IMG/VR virus record: IMGVR_UViG_3300046535_002009
Location: 1 to 64,000 of that record
Direction: 5' to 3' (one strand)
Length of the DNA stretch: 64,000 bases
From: a virus
In this document: positions 47,181 to 56,088 of the stretch, piece by piece
Position numbering within the stretch: the first letter of the stretch is position 1
Layout: each line of letters starts with the position of its first letter
Program-made: the position numbers and the translations under genes
Notes under the pieces: model-generated
The model's input: the letters and a program-made list of their open reading frames with translations, nothing else
What the model was told of the DNA's origin: nothing
Databases searched by the model: none

Positions 47181-47780
47181 ATGCACGACATTGCCGACCC
47201 CAACCGCCACCCCCACGCCGCACTGCTGCTCCTTGCCGAAGCCATGGGACCCGCCAGCCCGAGCGGCGCAATCGAGGCCCAGGAGAGGCGCGGCCAGCAG
47301 GACCTGGTCCGGTCCGAGCTCCTGCCCTCCGACCTGCGCGGGACAGAAGCCGCGTTCGAGGAGCTCGGCTTCATCCTCGGCGACGTCCAGGCCGACGACC
47401 CGCTGTTCCGCCAGGTGACCCTTCCGGCCGGCTGGGCCCGGGAAGCATCGGACCACGCTATGTGGTCGTACATCATCGACCCGCTCGGTCGGCGCCGGGT
47501 CTCGATCTTCTACAAGGCCGTGTACTACGACCGGAGCGCGCACGCCGCGGTCGTCACGCTGCACAGCTACCTGACCAGCTGTGCGTGGGACAACCGCCTG
47601 CCGGTCCTGGACGACGCCTGGGCCACGCCCGCCGAGGTGCTCCAGATCGCCGAGGCTGGGCAGGAGGAGCAGGCTGCGGAAGCCGCACGCTGGTCAAAGC
47701 AGGGTGCGAAGGACCTCGCGCAGGAGGCCGCGGCGCGCTCCGCCACATACTCGCGGATCGCCGACACGGCACGCCAGTGA
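47181..47780 (+). CDS. Conserved hypothetical phage protein
   Basis: IEAQERRGQ, LPAGW...HAMWS, IFYKAVYYDR. Confidence 0.75.
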   Translation: MHDIADPNRHPHAALLLLAEAMGPASPSGAIEAQERRGQQDLVRSELLPSDLRGTEAAFEELGFILGDVQADDPLFRQVTLPAGWAREASDHAMWSYIIDPLGRRRVSIFYKAVYYDRSAHAAVVTLHSYLTSCAWDNRLPVLDDAWATPAEVLQIAEAGQEEQAAEAARWSKQGAKDLAQEAAARSATYSRIADTARQ

Positions 47781-48484
47781 GCACGGACGACGCCGCGCAG
47801 GAACTCGCCACGCTGCGCCGTCGCTTGGAGGTGATGGCCGCAGCCTGGGAGGAGCAGCTCCCTGAGACCGTCCAGACGGCGACGGTGGTCGAGGCGCTGC
47901 GCCTCACCGTCGCTCGCCCGGCCAGCCGCTCCGGTCTGGTTGCCGAGCAGCGAGTGCGCGCGTACCTCGCCGAGTTCCCGGACACCGCCAACCTCGGCCC
48001 CGAGATCGCATACGGCCCAGCCTGGAACACACCGGGCTGGCCCCACGACTTCTACCCACTGACCCGGGCAGACGTCGATGCCGTCCTGGCCGAGCTGGCC
48101 TCCACCCGCGCGGAGGCGGAGGTGCTGTACGAGGCCCGCTTGAACGAGCCCGTCCTTCGGCACTGCGTCTACCCGGGATGCCTCGCCGAGTTCGACATGG
48201 CCGCGGCCCTGGCTGGCCGGCCGACACGGCCCTCGTGGTCCGGGGATGGCTGGCTGACCGTCGGGCACCTCTTCGCGCACGTCTGCCCTGAGCACGCGCC
48301 GCTGCTCCGTACCGGCGACGGCCCAGGACCGCACCTGCCTCAGTGGGAGCGGGGCGAGGAGACCCGGCTCGTGTGCGCCTGCGCCTGGCGGTCCGGGCCC
48401 GTCCGGTGGCGTGGGTTCGGCATCGAGGCGTGGAAGGACCATCTCCTGGCGGTCGAACAGGGAGCAGCGCCGTGGCCGAGCTGA
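47777..48484 (+). CDS. Hypothetical protein
   Basis: Coupled ORF. Confidence 0.65.
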   Translation: MSTDDAAQELATLRRRLEVMAAAWEEQLPETVQTATVVEALRLTVARPASRSGLVAEQRVRAYLAEFPDTANLGPEIAYGPAWNTPGWPHDFYPLTRADVDAVLAELASTRAEAEVLYEARLNEPVLRHCVYPGCLAEFDMAAALAGRPTRPSWSGDGWLTVGHLFAHVCPEHAPLLRTGDGPGPHLPQWERGEETRLVCACAWRSGPVRWRGFGIEAWKDHLLAVEQGAAPWPS

Positions 48485-48678
48485 TCACCTGGTGCCGGAT
48501 CATGCGCACCGGTCCGGCGTGCGCGGTCCCGTGCGACGACTGCCGGGCCACCAGCCGCCGCCTGGCCCTCGCCCAGCAGGCCGGCACCGTGAAGCCCTGG
48601 ACTCTCGCGGACGCGATCGCCGAGCTCGACGGCACCGACCCTCGCCCCACCACCGACACCACCGAAGGTGCGCCGTGA
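48472..48678 (+). CDS. Hypothetical protein
   Basis: GGGAG RBS. Confidence 0.5.
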   Translation: MAELITWCRIMRTGPACAVPCDDCRATSRRLALAQQAGTVKPWTLADAIAELDGTDPRPTTDTTEGAP

Positions 48679-48938
48679 CCATCCGCATGACCAAGCTGAC
48701 CTGGCGAGTCCTGGCCGCGATCCACGCCCGGCCGGAGCCGACCTACGGCGGCGAGCTACGGGAGGAGACAGGCATCCAGTCCGGCACCCTGTACCCGCTC
48801 CTGGTCCGGCTGGAGGGAGCCGGCCTGCTGACCTCCCGGTGGGAGGAGCCCGCGGAGTACGAGGCCTTCAGCCGGCCCCGCCGCCGCTACTACGCCCTCA
48901 CCGAGGCTGGCCGGGCGGCCGCCGGGACGAAGGCCTGA
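48675..48938 (+). CDS. PadR-family wHTH regulator
   Basis: YGGEL...SGTLYPLLVRLE...RPRRRYYALTEAG. Confidence 0.88.
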   Translation: MTIRMTKLTWRVLAAIHARPEPTYGGELREETGIQSGTLYPLLVRLEGAGLLTSRWEEPAEYEAFSRPRRRYYALTEAGRAAAGTKA

Positions 48939-49348
48939 TGTCGACGGGCCCGGTCGTGGCCTCTGGTGACGAACAGCTGCCCCTTGCGGACCCTCCCCGG
49001 CCGGCCGGGGCGGCGCGGCGAGTGGAGTGCCGCCGCTGCCACCGGGCACTGACCGACCCGGACTCCCGGCTGCGCCGCATCGGCCCGGACTGCGAGCACC
49101 TGATCGCGGCCGCGCGTCGGCACGACATCGACCAGGACCCGCTACCCGGGCTGGAGTGGCGCGATAGCCGGGACGCTTCATGCCCCCTGAGCTCTCTTGC
49201 CGCCCCTGAGGACCAGCTGTACAACGCCATGCTGGCCTGGGACGGGTCAGCGGCATTCACAGAGACCTCCACCCGGGCCTCCCCGCCCTCCCGGAAGAGA
49301 GCGGGGCTCGCACTCAACGACTGGTCACTCGAAAGACTCGCTGGCTGA
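48938..49348 (+). CDS. DUF6011-like Zn-finger protein (C-terminus possibly read-through)
   Basis: CRRCHRALTDPDS...IGPDC. Confidence 0.65.
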   Translation: MSTGPVVASGDEQLPLADPPRPAGAARRVECRRCHRALTDPDSRLRRIGPDCEHLIAAARRHDIDQDPLPGLEWRDSRDASCPLSSLAAPEDQLYNAMLAWDGSAAFTETSTRASPPSRKRAGLALNDWSLERLAG

Positions 49349-49715
49349 TGTTTGCCTCGACGAGAGTCGTCTCCCCCACCTGCGTCCAGTTCCGCCAATA
49401 TGCCGCGCCGCCATGGTTCTCGCCCATGCACTGGCAGTCGCAGTCGTCGCCTTCCGCGTCGCGGCAACGGATATCGCATCTGCTGTTCGTCCGAAAGTCG
49501 ATCGCCACCTCGACCACCCCGAAGCGATCTGCCAGGGCCTCGACTGTCGCGCGCATGTGCTGGCGCGAGATCTCCCAGCATTTCTCCGCCCCGTTCCAGT
49601 CCGGCCGCACCAGGCTGCCGAGGGTGCGGTGGATGAAGGCTCGGTTACCCACGGCGTACGGCATGCGGACCCGGATCCGCCCGGTGCCGACCGGCCGGTA
49701 AACCGTGGCAATCAC
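49314..49715 (-). CDS. Cys-rich hypothetical protein
   Basis: CDIRC...CDCQCMGENHG; TAGTG coupling. Confidence 0.75.
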   Translation of the reverse strand: MIATVYRPVGTGRIRVRMPYAVGNRAFIHRTLGSLVRPDWNGAEKCWEISRQHMRATVEALADRFGVVEVAIDFRTNSRCDIRCRDAEGDDCDCQCMGENHGGAAYWRNWTQVGETTLVEANISQRVFRVTSR

Positions 49716-50299
49716 TAGGCCTCCTCGCTGAGAATGCGTACGAGGTCGACAATGGCCGCGCTAGACAGGTGCTTCCGCAGGACGCGCGCCGTGGCGTCAG
49801 TGTCCTCCACCGGCACGCTGACTGCTCGCCTCCGGAAGCCCGCCTGCACCATGGCGGCGTGCGCGGACAGGTGCCCCGCGAGGACCTCGGCATGCAGCTC
49901 GGGGGCGTCCTTGCGGAGGCGGCGAAGGGCCGAGGTCTGAGAGTTCCCGTCCGGCTGGGCAAGGTTGACATTGTCACCCTTGCTTCGGTCGCCCCCGTGC
50001 GGAGCCTGAAGGGCCTGGTCGAGCAGGTCGAGCGCCACCGGATCGTCCGCGACCACCCGCTGGACGAGCGCCACCGACGCCCCGAGCCCCTTCAGCGGCG
50101 GCGTGGTCACAAAGTCGGCGAAGCTCGCGTGCTCCACCAACTCGCCCCGCACGGTGACGAAGGACCGCCAGGACCCATCAGCGAGCAGCCGGCGCAGGAG
50201 CTCCGGAGCGTTCTCCAGCCCGCTCCCGCCCCGCTCCAGCGCAGAGGACAGCGCCTCAACGAGGGTTCCCCGTGCGCGCCCCTCCTCCCGCGCGGTCAC
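49715..50299 (-). CDS. Hypothetical DNA-binding-like protein
   Basis: HGGDRSK, GNS..ALRRLRKDAPEL...SAHAAMVQAGF. Confidence 0.75.
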   Translation of the reverse strand: MTAREEGRARGTLVEALSSALERGGSGLENAPELLRRLLADGSWRSFVTVRGELVEHASFADFVTTPPLKGLGASVALVQRVVADDPVALDLLDQALQAPHGGDRSKGDNVNLAQPDGNSQTSALRRLRKDAPELHAEVLAGHLSAHAAMVQAGFRRRAVSVPVEDTDATARVLRKHLSSAAIVDLVRILSEEA

Positions 50300-52221
50300 T
50301 GAGCCTCCCGAAGCATCTGCTCCACGAATTCCAGTCCGCGCTGCAGCTGCTGGACGCTCGCGTCAGCGCGCTTCCGCACGCCCATGACCTGGTTCACCCG
50401 CCACTGCAGCTCCGGGTGCTCCAGCCCAAGCTTGAACACCGCGTGGCGCGAGCGCTTCGTCAGCTGGTCGGCCAAGGCCTTCCGCCTCTTGTGCAGGGGC
50501 TCGTCCGCGGCCCCGATCGCCACCCTGCTGCCCTGCGGCGGGATGGGCATCGGCACCGTGCCGACCTTGGTCAGCTCGCCGAGCTCCTCGCGGACGAGCT
50601 TGCGCATCGAGGCGAGCACGCTCGGCGGGAAGTCGTGCTTCTTAAGCAGTTCCTCCGCGCGCTCGTTCTCCTCCACGGTCCACTCGGTGCCGGCATGGAT
50701 CGCGCCGTGGAACGTGGGCTGGGACGCGGCGAGGGGGATCCGGGCGAACAGGTCCAGCATCTGTTGGCCGTTGCCGTCGCTCAGCTCGCGCTCGATCTCC
50801 TCCTCCTGGAGGTCGAGCTCGTGCCGGATCTCCTGCTCGATCTGCGCCGCCATGATCCGGAGGCCCGAGAGCGCTGGCGCGAACACCGTGGCGATCTGCT
50901 CGTCAGCCTTGCCTTGGCGCCGGACGAACCGGCCGACCGCCTGGCGGAAGAACATCTCCGTCTTCGTCTTCGTGGCGTACACCCCGAGGGCCAGGCGCGG
51001 GACGTCGACGCCTTCCGACACCATCCGGACAGCGACCAGCCAGCGCTGGCTGCCCTCGGAGAACCGGTCGATGCCGAGCTTCGCCTCGGGGCCGTCCTCG
51101 GAGAGCACCACGACGGGGTCCTCGCCGGTGATGTCCTTCAGTATCTTGGCGTAGGCCTTCGCCTGCGGGGCCCGGTAGGCGATGACCAGGCCGCCAGCCC
51201 GCGGCGCCTCCTCCCGCATCGCCGTGAGCGTGCTGTCCGCCTTCAGTAGCAGGCCCTTCATCCAGCCCGTGGCCGGGTCCAGCGCGGTCTCCAGGACGGC
51301 GGACACGTCGCCGCGCTGCAGTTCGGCCGACAGGTTGGCGCTGGAGGTCACCGACCCGGAGTCCATCCACTTCATCTCGCCGTCGTAGAAGTGGAAGTCG
51401 ACCTGGCGGCAGACGTCGTCCCGGATGGCCTGGCCATAGCTGTATGTGTAGTCAGCGATAGAGCGCGGCACTCCGTCGCTGTCCTTCTCATACCGCACGA
51501 AGGGGATCGGGTTGTTGTCCGACCGGAACGGCGTGCCGGACAGGGCCAGGCGGCGCGACGCCTCGGAGAAGGCGTGCTTGACCGCGGCACCCCACGCCTT
51601 CTCATCGCCGGCATGGTGGACCTCGTCGAGGATCACCAGGGTCTTCTGCTGGCAGCCGAGGCGGTGGAGGTCAGGCTGCGAGGCGACCTGGGCATAGGTG
51701 ACGGCCGCGCCGCGGTAGTCCGCCGGGTTCTCCAGGCCGTCGCTGTTCTTCGTCGTGGGGTCGATCTCGAAGCCGCACTCGTGTGCGGCCGTCGCCCATT
51801 GCATCTTGAGGTGCTCGCTCGGCACGACGATGACGATGCGCCTGACCACCCCGCTGTCCATCAAGTCGCTGGCTAGCCGGAGCGCGAACTTGGTCTTCCC
51901 GGCGCCCGGGGTGGCGACCACGAGGAAGTCCCTGGCATTGCGCGTGACATAGGTGGTCAGGGCAGCGCGCTGCCATTCGCGGGGGTCGGGGCCAGTCCAT
52001 GCCATGTGCGTCGAGCCCTTCTTCAGGTTGCAGTCCGGGCAGAGCGCTTGCCCGTTGATCACGTCAGTAGGGCCGCCGGCAGACCATGGGGTGATGTGGT
52101 CGCCGTGCCAGCCCGGGAGGAGCCGGGTCCCGCACTTCGTGCAGGTGCCACCCGAGGCGAGGTACATCGCCACGCGCTCGGAAGAGTTGAACCGGCGGCG
52201 GGTGGGGTCCGGAGTCACCAC
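50296..52221 (-). CDS. HNH nuclease fused to SF2 (DEAD/DEAH, ResIII-like) helicase
   Basis: CTKC...DHITPWSAGG...NGQALCPDCN; TPGAGKT, DEVHH, SGTPFR, SEGVDVP, QAVGR. Confidence 0.9.
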   Translation of the reverse strand: MVTPDPTRRRFNSSERVAMYLASGGTCTKCGTRLLPGWHGDHITPWSAGGPTDVINGQALCPDCNLKKGSTHMAWTGPDPREWQRAALTTYVTRNARDFLVVATPGAGKTKFALRLASDLMDSGVVRRIVIVVPSEHLKMQWATAAHECGFEIDPTTKNSDGLENPADYRGAAVTYAQVASQPDLHRLGCQQKTLVILDEVHHAGDEKAWGAAVKHAFSEASRRLALSGTPFRSDNNPIPFVRYEKDSDGVPRSIADYTYSYGQAIRDDVCRQVDFHFYDGEMKWMDSGSVTSSANLSAELQRGDVSAVLETALDPATGWMKGLLLKADSTLTAMREEAPRAGGLVIAYRAPQAKAYAKILKDITGEDPVVVLSEDGPEAKLGIDRFSEGSQRWLVAVRMVSEGVDVPRLALGVYATKTKTEMFFRQAVGRFVRRQGKADEQIATVFAPALSGLRIMAAQIEQEIRHELDLQEEEIERELSDGNGQQMLDLFARIPLAASQPTFHGAIHAGTEWTVEENERAEELLKKHDFPPSVLASMRKLVREELGELTKVGTVPMPIPPQGSRVAIGAADEPLHKRRKALADQLTKRSRHAVFKLGLEHPELQWRVNQVMGVRKRADASVQQLQRGLEFVEQMLREAQ

Positions 52222-52496
52222 GCGGTGGCGGTCGGCTGGCGGAGGGCGTTAGGTTGGGCCTGAGCCATGGGAGATCGCACTCCTCTGGTCGGCGCCCTCG
52301 GCGGGGATCGCGAGTTCCCGCCCGAGGGCATCACTGTGCCTGCACTGGTTCGCAGATGAACCAGACAGAGAAACATTACTCCGAGTGGACGACAATCTGA
52401 CTAGTTGTCACTCTGTGCCACATGCGCACTTGAGCGACTGAAGTGGTCGGCACTGAGTGTCGTATCGGGAAGTGATGCGGCGACACCCCGTATCCA

Positions 52497-53039
52497 TCAG
52501 GCGATGGCCTTCTCGTAGACCTTCGCCTGGTCTGGCGTCAGCAGATGGGAGACGCGGACGACGACCGCGCCATGCTGGTAGATGTAGTCCGGCCTGATGA
52601 GCCCGCCGAGGGCCTGCTGCGCCCCGTCGACGTACTTGACCCAGACGGTGGCGTCGTCCGCGTTGGGGAAGACCTCGACGGTACCGCCGTAGGAGATGCT
52701 GTCACGCCGGTCCTTGGTGGCGTCCTCCTTGGCCTGGGGGCTGTCGGCGACGCGGGTGTCGTCGAACGCGGTCTTGCTCAGGTACTGGTGCGGGCGGCCG
52801 AGCCGGCCATTGGGGTCGCTGGTCGCGTCATAGGTGATGGTGAGCTTGACCGGCAGGCCCTTGGTGGTGAGCTGCCGGGTGATGCCGGCGGCGTCGGTGG
52901 CCTTGGCCGGCGGGGCCGGCGCGGGTGCTGCGCTGCTCTTGGCGGCGGCCGGCGTGCCGGTGCCCGCGGACATGGTGGTGCAGGCGGTGGAGGCTGCGAG
53001 GACGGCGGCGGCGAGGGTGAGGGTGGTGCGGACGCGCAT
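52497..53039 (-). CDS. Secreted lipoprotein
   Basis: Signal MRVRTTLTLAAAVLAASTA-C; DPNGRLGRPHQYLSK, GGTVEVF. Confidence 0.8.
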   Translation of the reverse strand: MRVRTTLTLAAAVLAASTACTTMSAGTGTPAAAKSSAAPAPAPPAKATDAAGITRQLTTKGLPVKLTITYDATSDPNGRLGRPHQYLSKTAFDDTRVADSPQAKEDATKDRRDSISYGGTVEVFPNADDATVWVKYVDGAQQALGGLIRPDYIYQHGAVVVRVSHLLTPDQAKVYEKAIA

Positions 53040-53134
53040 GGTCTCCCCTGAGTGGTTGTGAGGCGCCGACCGTATCGGTGTCGTCACACAGCGCGCACAG
53101 GCGTTGCCGAGTCGTGACCGCTGATGGTGGGCGT

Positions 53135-53842
53135 TCAGTACGCTGCGGCCCGCACGCCGTCCGGGATGCCGGCGGCGAGGATCCCGCCGTCGACCGCGGT
53201 GACGGTGCCGCGCTCGTCCGGGAGGAGAACCTCCAGCGTTCGGCCGGCACCCGGTGCTCCGCGGCCGGACGCCCGGATGTGGACCCGGCGGGACATGAGC
53301 TGGCCGTGGCCGTCGCCGAGCCCGGTGCACTCGCGGGCGGCCACGTCGAGCTGCAGGTGCGCGCCGGGCCAGGGGCCGGGGGTGAGGAGCACGGTGCCGT
53401 GCTGGCGCAGCCGGGCGCCGAGGCGGCTGGCCGTGGCCGGCGAGGGGCCGACCGGGCCCAGGAGGAGGATCTCGACCGCGGGGAGCAGCCCGGCGCAGAC
53501 GTCGGGCCACTGGTCGCCAGGGGTGTCGGCGAGCAGGAGCCGGTCGAGGTCGATGCCGTAGCCGGCGGCCGCGGCCAGGCCGAGGTCGGGGAGGGCGACA
53601 GCGGCGGTCCAGACGTCGGGCCGGTGGACGGCGGGTCCGGCCGCGAGGGCGAGGAGCAGGCCGGGGTCGCGGACGACGGCGACAGTGCCGCGCTGGAGGC
53701 CGCCGTGCGGGAGGAGGGTCGCGAGTTCCGGCTGGACGGGCAGGGTCTGTGCGGCCTCGGCCCGGGCGCGGGCGGCCGGGGAGGTGGCTTCGAGGAGGTC
53801 GGTGAGGGCGGGGCGCTCGCGCGGCTCGGCGGGGGCGGTCAT
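53135..53842 (-). CDS. ImuA'-like inactive RecA-family protein
   Basis: LPVQPELATLLPHGGLQRG, PDLGLAAAAGYGIDLDRL, GLGDGHGQL...GRG resemble actinobacterial ImuA'. Confidence 0.75.
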   Translation of the reverse strand: MTAPAEPRERPALTDLLEATSPAARARAEAAQTLPVQPELATLLPHGGLQRGTVAVVRDPGLLLALAAGPAVHRPDVWTAAVALPDLGLAAAAGYGIDLDRLLLADTPGDQWPDVCAGLLPAVEILLLGPVGPSPATASRLGARLRQHGTVLLTPGPWPGAHLQLDVAARECTGLGDGHGQLMSRRVHIRASGRGAPGAGRTLEVLLPDERGTVTAVDGGILAAGIPDGVRAAAY

Positions 53843-54189
53843 CGCTCGGCCCGGGCGTGGACGGCGCCGGGGTCGGAGACCTGTGGCTGGACGGGCTGGA
53901 GGGCGACGCCCTTGTGGTGGACCCAGACCGGGTCGTCGTCGGGGCCGGTCTGGAGGCGGGCGGCCCAGTAGCCGGGCCCGAGCTGGCGCCAGCCGGTGAG
54001 GACGGTGGGGTGCCAGGTGCCGCCGCGGCGGACCCAAACGGCGAGGAGGTCATCGACGATGTCGGAGTCGGCGGTGGCGAGTTCGGCTTCGGTGAGGGGC
54101 ACGATGTCGCGCCAGTCCCGCGCCACGGCGTTGGTGGCGAACGGGCTGGGTGGGCGTGCGGGTCTCACGTGCTCAGGATGCAGCACCAT
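53839..54189 (-). CDS. Hypothetical protein (SOS-box preceded)
   Basis: ATGA-coupled to ImuA'-like gene. Confidence 0.6.
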   Translation of the reverse strand: MVLHPEHVRPARPPSPFATNAVARDWRDIVPLTEAELATADSDIVDDLLAVWVRRGGTWHPTVLTGWRQLGPGYWAARLQTGPDDDPVWVHHKGVALQPVQPQVSDPGAVHARAER

Positions 54190-54198
54190 CGTTCGAAT

Positions 54199-54214
54199 TC
54201 GCAAACACGTTCGA
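54199..54214. promoter_or_regulatory. Putative LexA (SOS) box
   Basis: TCGAAC-GTGT-TTGCGA on minus strand versus actinobacterial TCGAAC-N4-GTTCGA. Confidence 0.55.
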
Positions 54215-54218
54215 ATGA

Positions 54219-54425
54219 CTATTCGGGGGTGTCGCCGACCCGGCGCCCCGGCGCCAGCTGCATGAAGAAGGCGAGCGCGTCGGGCGCGGCGGCGTGCATC
54301 GCCTGCTCCTCGGCCTCGGACTCACGCGGCCGGTCGTAGCACGGCCATGAGCACGACCCGTACGGAGTCCAGGGCACGGTCTGCCCGCATCCGTCGCAGG
54401 TCATCAGCGGAATCTCAAGGGCCAT
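54219..54425 (-). CDS. Small Cys-containing protein
   Basis: CDGC...CSWPC. Confidence 0.45.
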   Translation of the reverse strand: MALEIPLMTCDGCGQTVPWTPYGSCSWPCYDRPRESEAEEQAMHAAAPDALAFFMQLAPGRRVGDTPE

Positions 54426-54603
54426 GTCGACCATCCCCTCGCACGGGTCGCCCTGCCACCGTACGCCCGCAACCCGCGGCGCAGCCCGGGCCGCCGCCAA
54501 CCCCTCGTGTGACAAATCGTCATCGGATCTCCGGTTCCGCGCAGGGTGACAGTGCCGACGCGTACGGTGCCGGGCAGCAGACCCACGTCCCCGGGGGGAC
54601 CGC

Positions 54604-56079
54604 ATGACGACCACCGAACAGAAGCCCGCGTCCACGGCCGTGCCGGCACCTGCCCGGCCGAGCTGGGCCAGGCTCGCCCCGCCGCCCGCGGCCCGCCGGT
54701 GGTGGCGGCCGGCGACCGCCCCCCACATCGCCCTCGCCTCGGCCTTCATGGCCGCCTACACGCTGGTCTCGGCGCTGCGATACGCCCGCTTCGACTTCAG
54801 GTCGTGGGACCTGGCGATCTTCACCGAGGAGGTCAAGGCCTACGCCCACCTGCGGGTGCCGATCGTCCCGGTGAAGGGCGACGGCTTCAACGTCCTCGGC
54901 GACCACTTCAGCCCCATCACCGCCGCCATCGCCCCCCTCTTCCGGATCTGGCCCAGCGCCTTCCTGCTGCTCCTCGTCCAGGCCGCCCTGTTCGCCTGGT
55001 CCACCGGCGTCGTCTCCGACACGGCAGCCCGCCTCCTGGGCCGCTCCCGCGGCCTGTGCATCGGCATCGGCTACGGCCTCTCCTTCGGCCTGCAGCGCGC
55101 CATCGACGTCGACTTCCACGAGGTCGCCTTCGCCGTGCCCCTGGTCGCGGTCGTCTGCCGGCAGCTGCTCGCGCGCCGCTGGCACCGCGCCGTGTGGTGG
55201 TCGCTCCCGCTGCTCCTGGTGAAGGAGGACCTCGGGATGACGGTCGCCGCCGTCGGCCTGCTCCTGCTCATCCAGGGCCGGCGCCGGGTGGCCGGCCCCG
55301 TCCTCATCGTGCTCGGGGCCACGGCCACGGTCGCGCTCGTGTGGTGGGTCGTCCCGCACTTCAACCCGACCAGCCAGTACGCCTACTGGGACCGCTACGG
55401 CGGCCGGCACCCCCACGTCTGGACCCTGCTCTGGGCCGCGGTGAAGCGCCTGCAGACGTGGACGACACTCGGCTGGACCCTCGGCATCACCGGCCTCCTC
55501 GCCGCCCGCTCCCCACTCCTGGCCCTCGCTGCGCCCACCCTGCTGTGGCGCCTCACCTCGACGTACGACGCCTTCCGCGGCACGGGCTGGCAGTACTCGG
55601 CGGTCCTGATGCCGATCGCGTTCCTCGCCGCGGCCGACGCCGCGCTGCGCATCCGGTCCTCCCGCCGCGTGTGGTTGTGCCAGTTCTCCGACCGGACGGT
55701 GACCTCGCTGCCGGCCGTCGCCCTGGCCTGTATGGCCGGCATGACGTACGGCCTCGGCGGGCTCGCCCAGGCCAGCGCATGGTCGGGCGGGCACGTGGCC
55801 GAGGCCCGGCGGGCCGCTCTCGACCGGATCCCCGACGGCGCGACCGTGGAGGCGACGACGGACGTCCTGGCCGGCCTGGCCGGGCGGTCGGACGTCTACT
55901 GGTACGGCGGGTCGAAGATCCGGCCTCCGCAGTACATCGTCTTCGACAAGAACGACTGGGACTCCGCGCCGCTCGGCGACCAGGCCGCGCACGTCGCGCA
56001 GGATCTGCACCCGGGCTCGACCTACCGGGTGGTGTTCAGCCGCGACAAGGTCACGGTCGTCCGGCTCCTGGCCGGCTGA
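54604..56079 (+). CDS. DUF2079-like polytopic membrane protein (GT-C-like)
   Basis: SWDLAIF, LGDHFSPI, DFHEVAFAVP, LVKED, WQYSAVLMP. Confidence 0.85.
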   Translation: MTTTEQKPASTAVPAPARPSWARLAPPPAARRWWRPATAPHIALASAFMAAYTLVSALRYARFDFRSWDLAIFTEEVKAYAHLRVPIVPVKGDGFNVLGDHFSPITAAIAPLFRIWPSAFLLLLVQAALFAWSTGVVSDTAARLLGRSRGLCIGIGYGLSFGLQRAIDVDFHEVAFAVPLVAVVCRQLLARRWHRAVWWSLPLLLVKEDLGMTVAAVGLLLLIQGRRRVAGPVLIVLGATATVALVWWVVPHFNPTSQYAYWDRYGGRHPHVWTLLWAAVKRLQTWTTLGWTLGITGLLAARSPLLALAAPTLLWRLTSTYDAFRGTGWQYSAVLMPIAFLAAADAALRIRSSRRVWLCQFSDRTVTSLPAVALACMAGMTYGLGGLAQASAWSGGHVAEARRAALDRIPDGATVEATTDVLAGLAGRSDVYWYGGSKIRPPQYIVFDKNDWDSAPLGDQAAHVAQDLHPGSTYRVVFSRDKVTVVRLLAG

Positions 56080-56088
56080 CCGCGGTGG

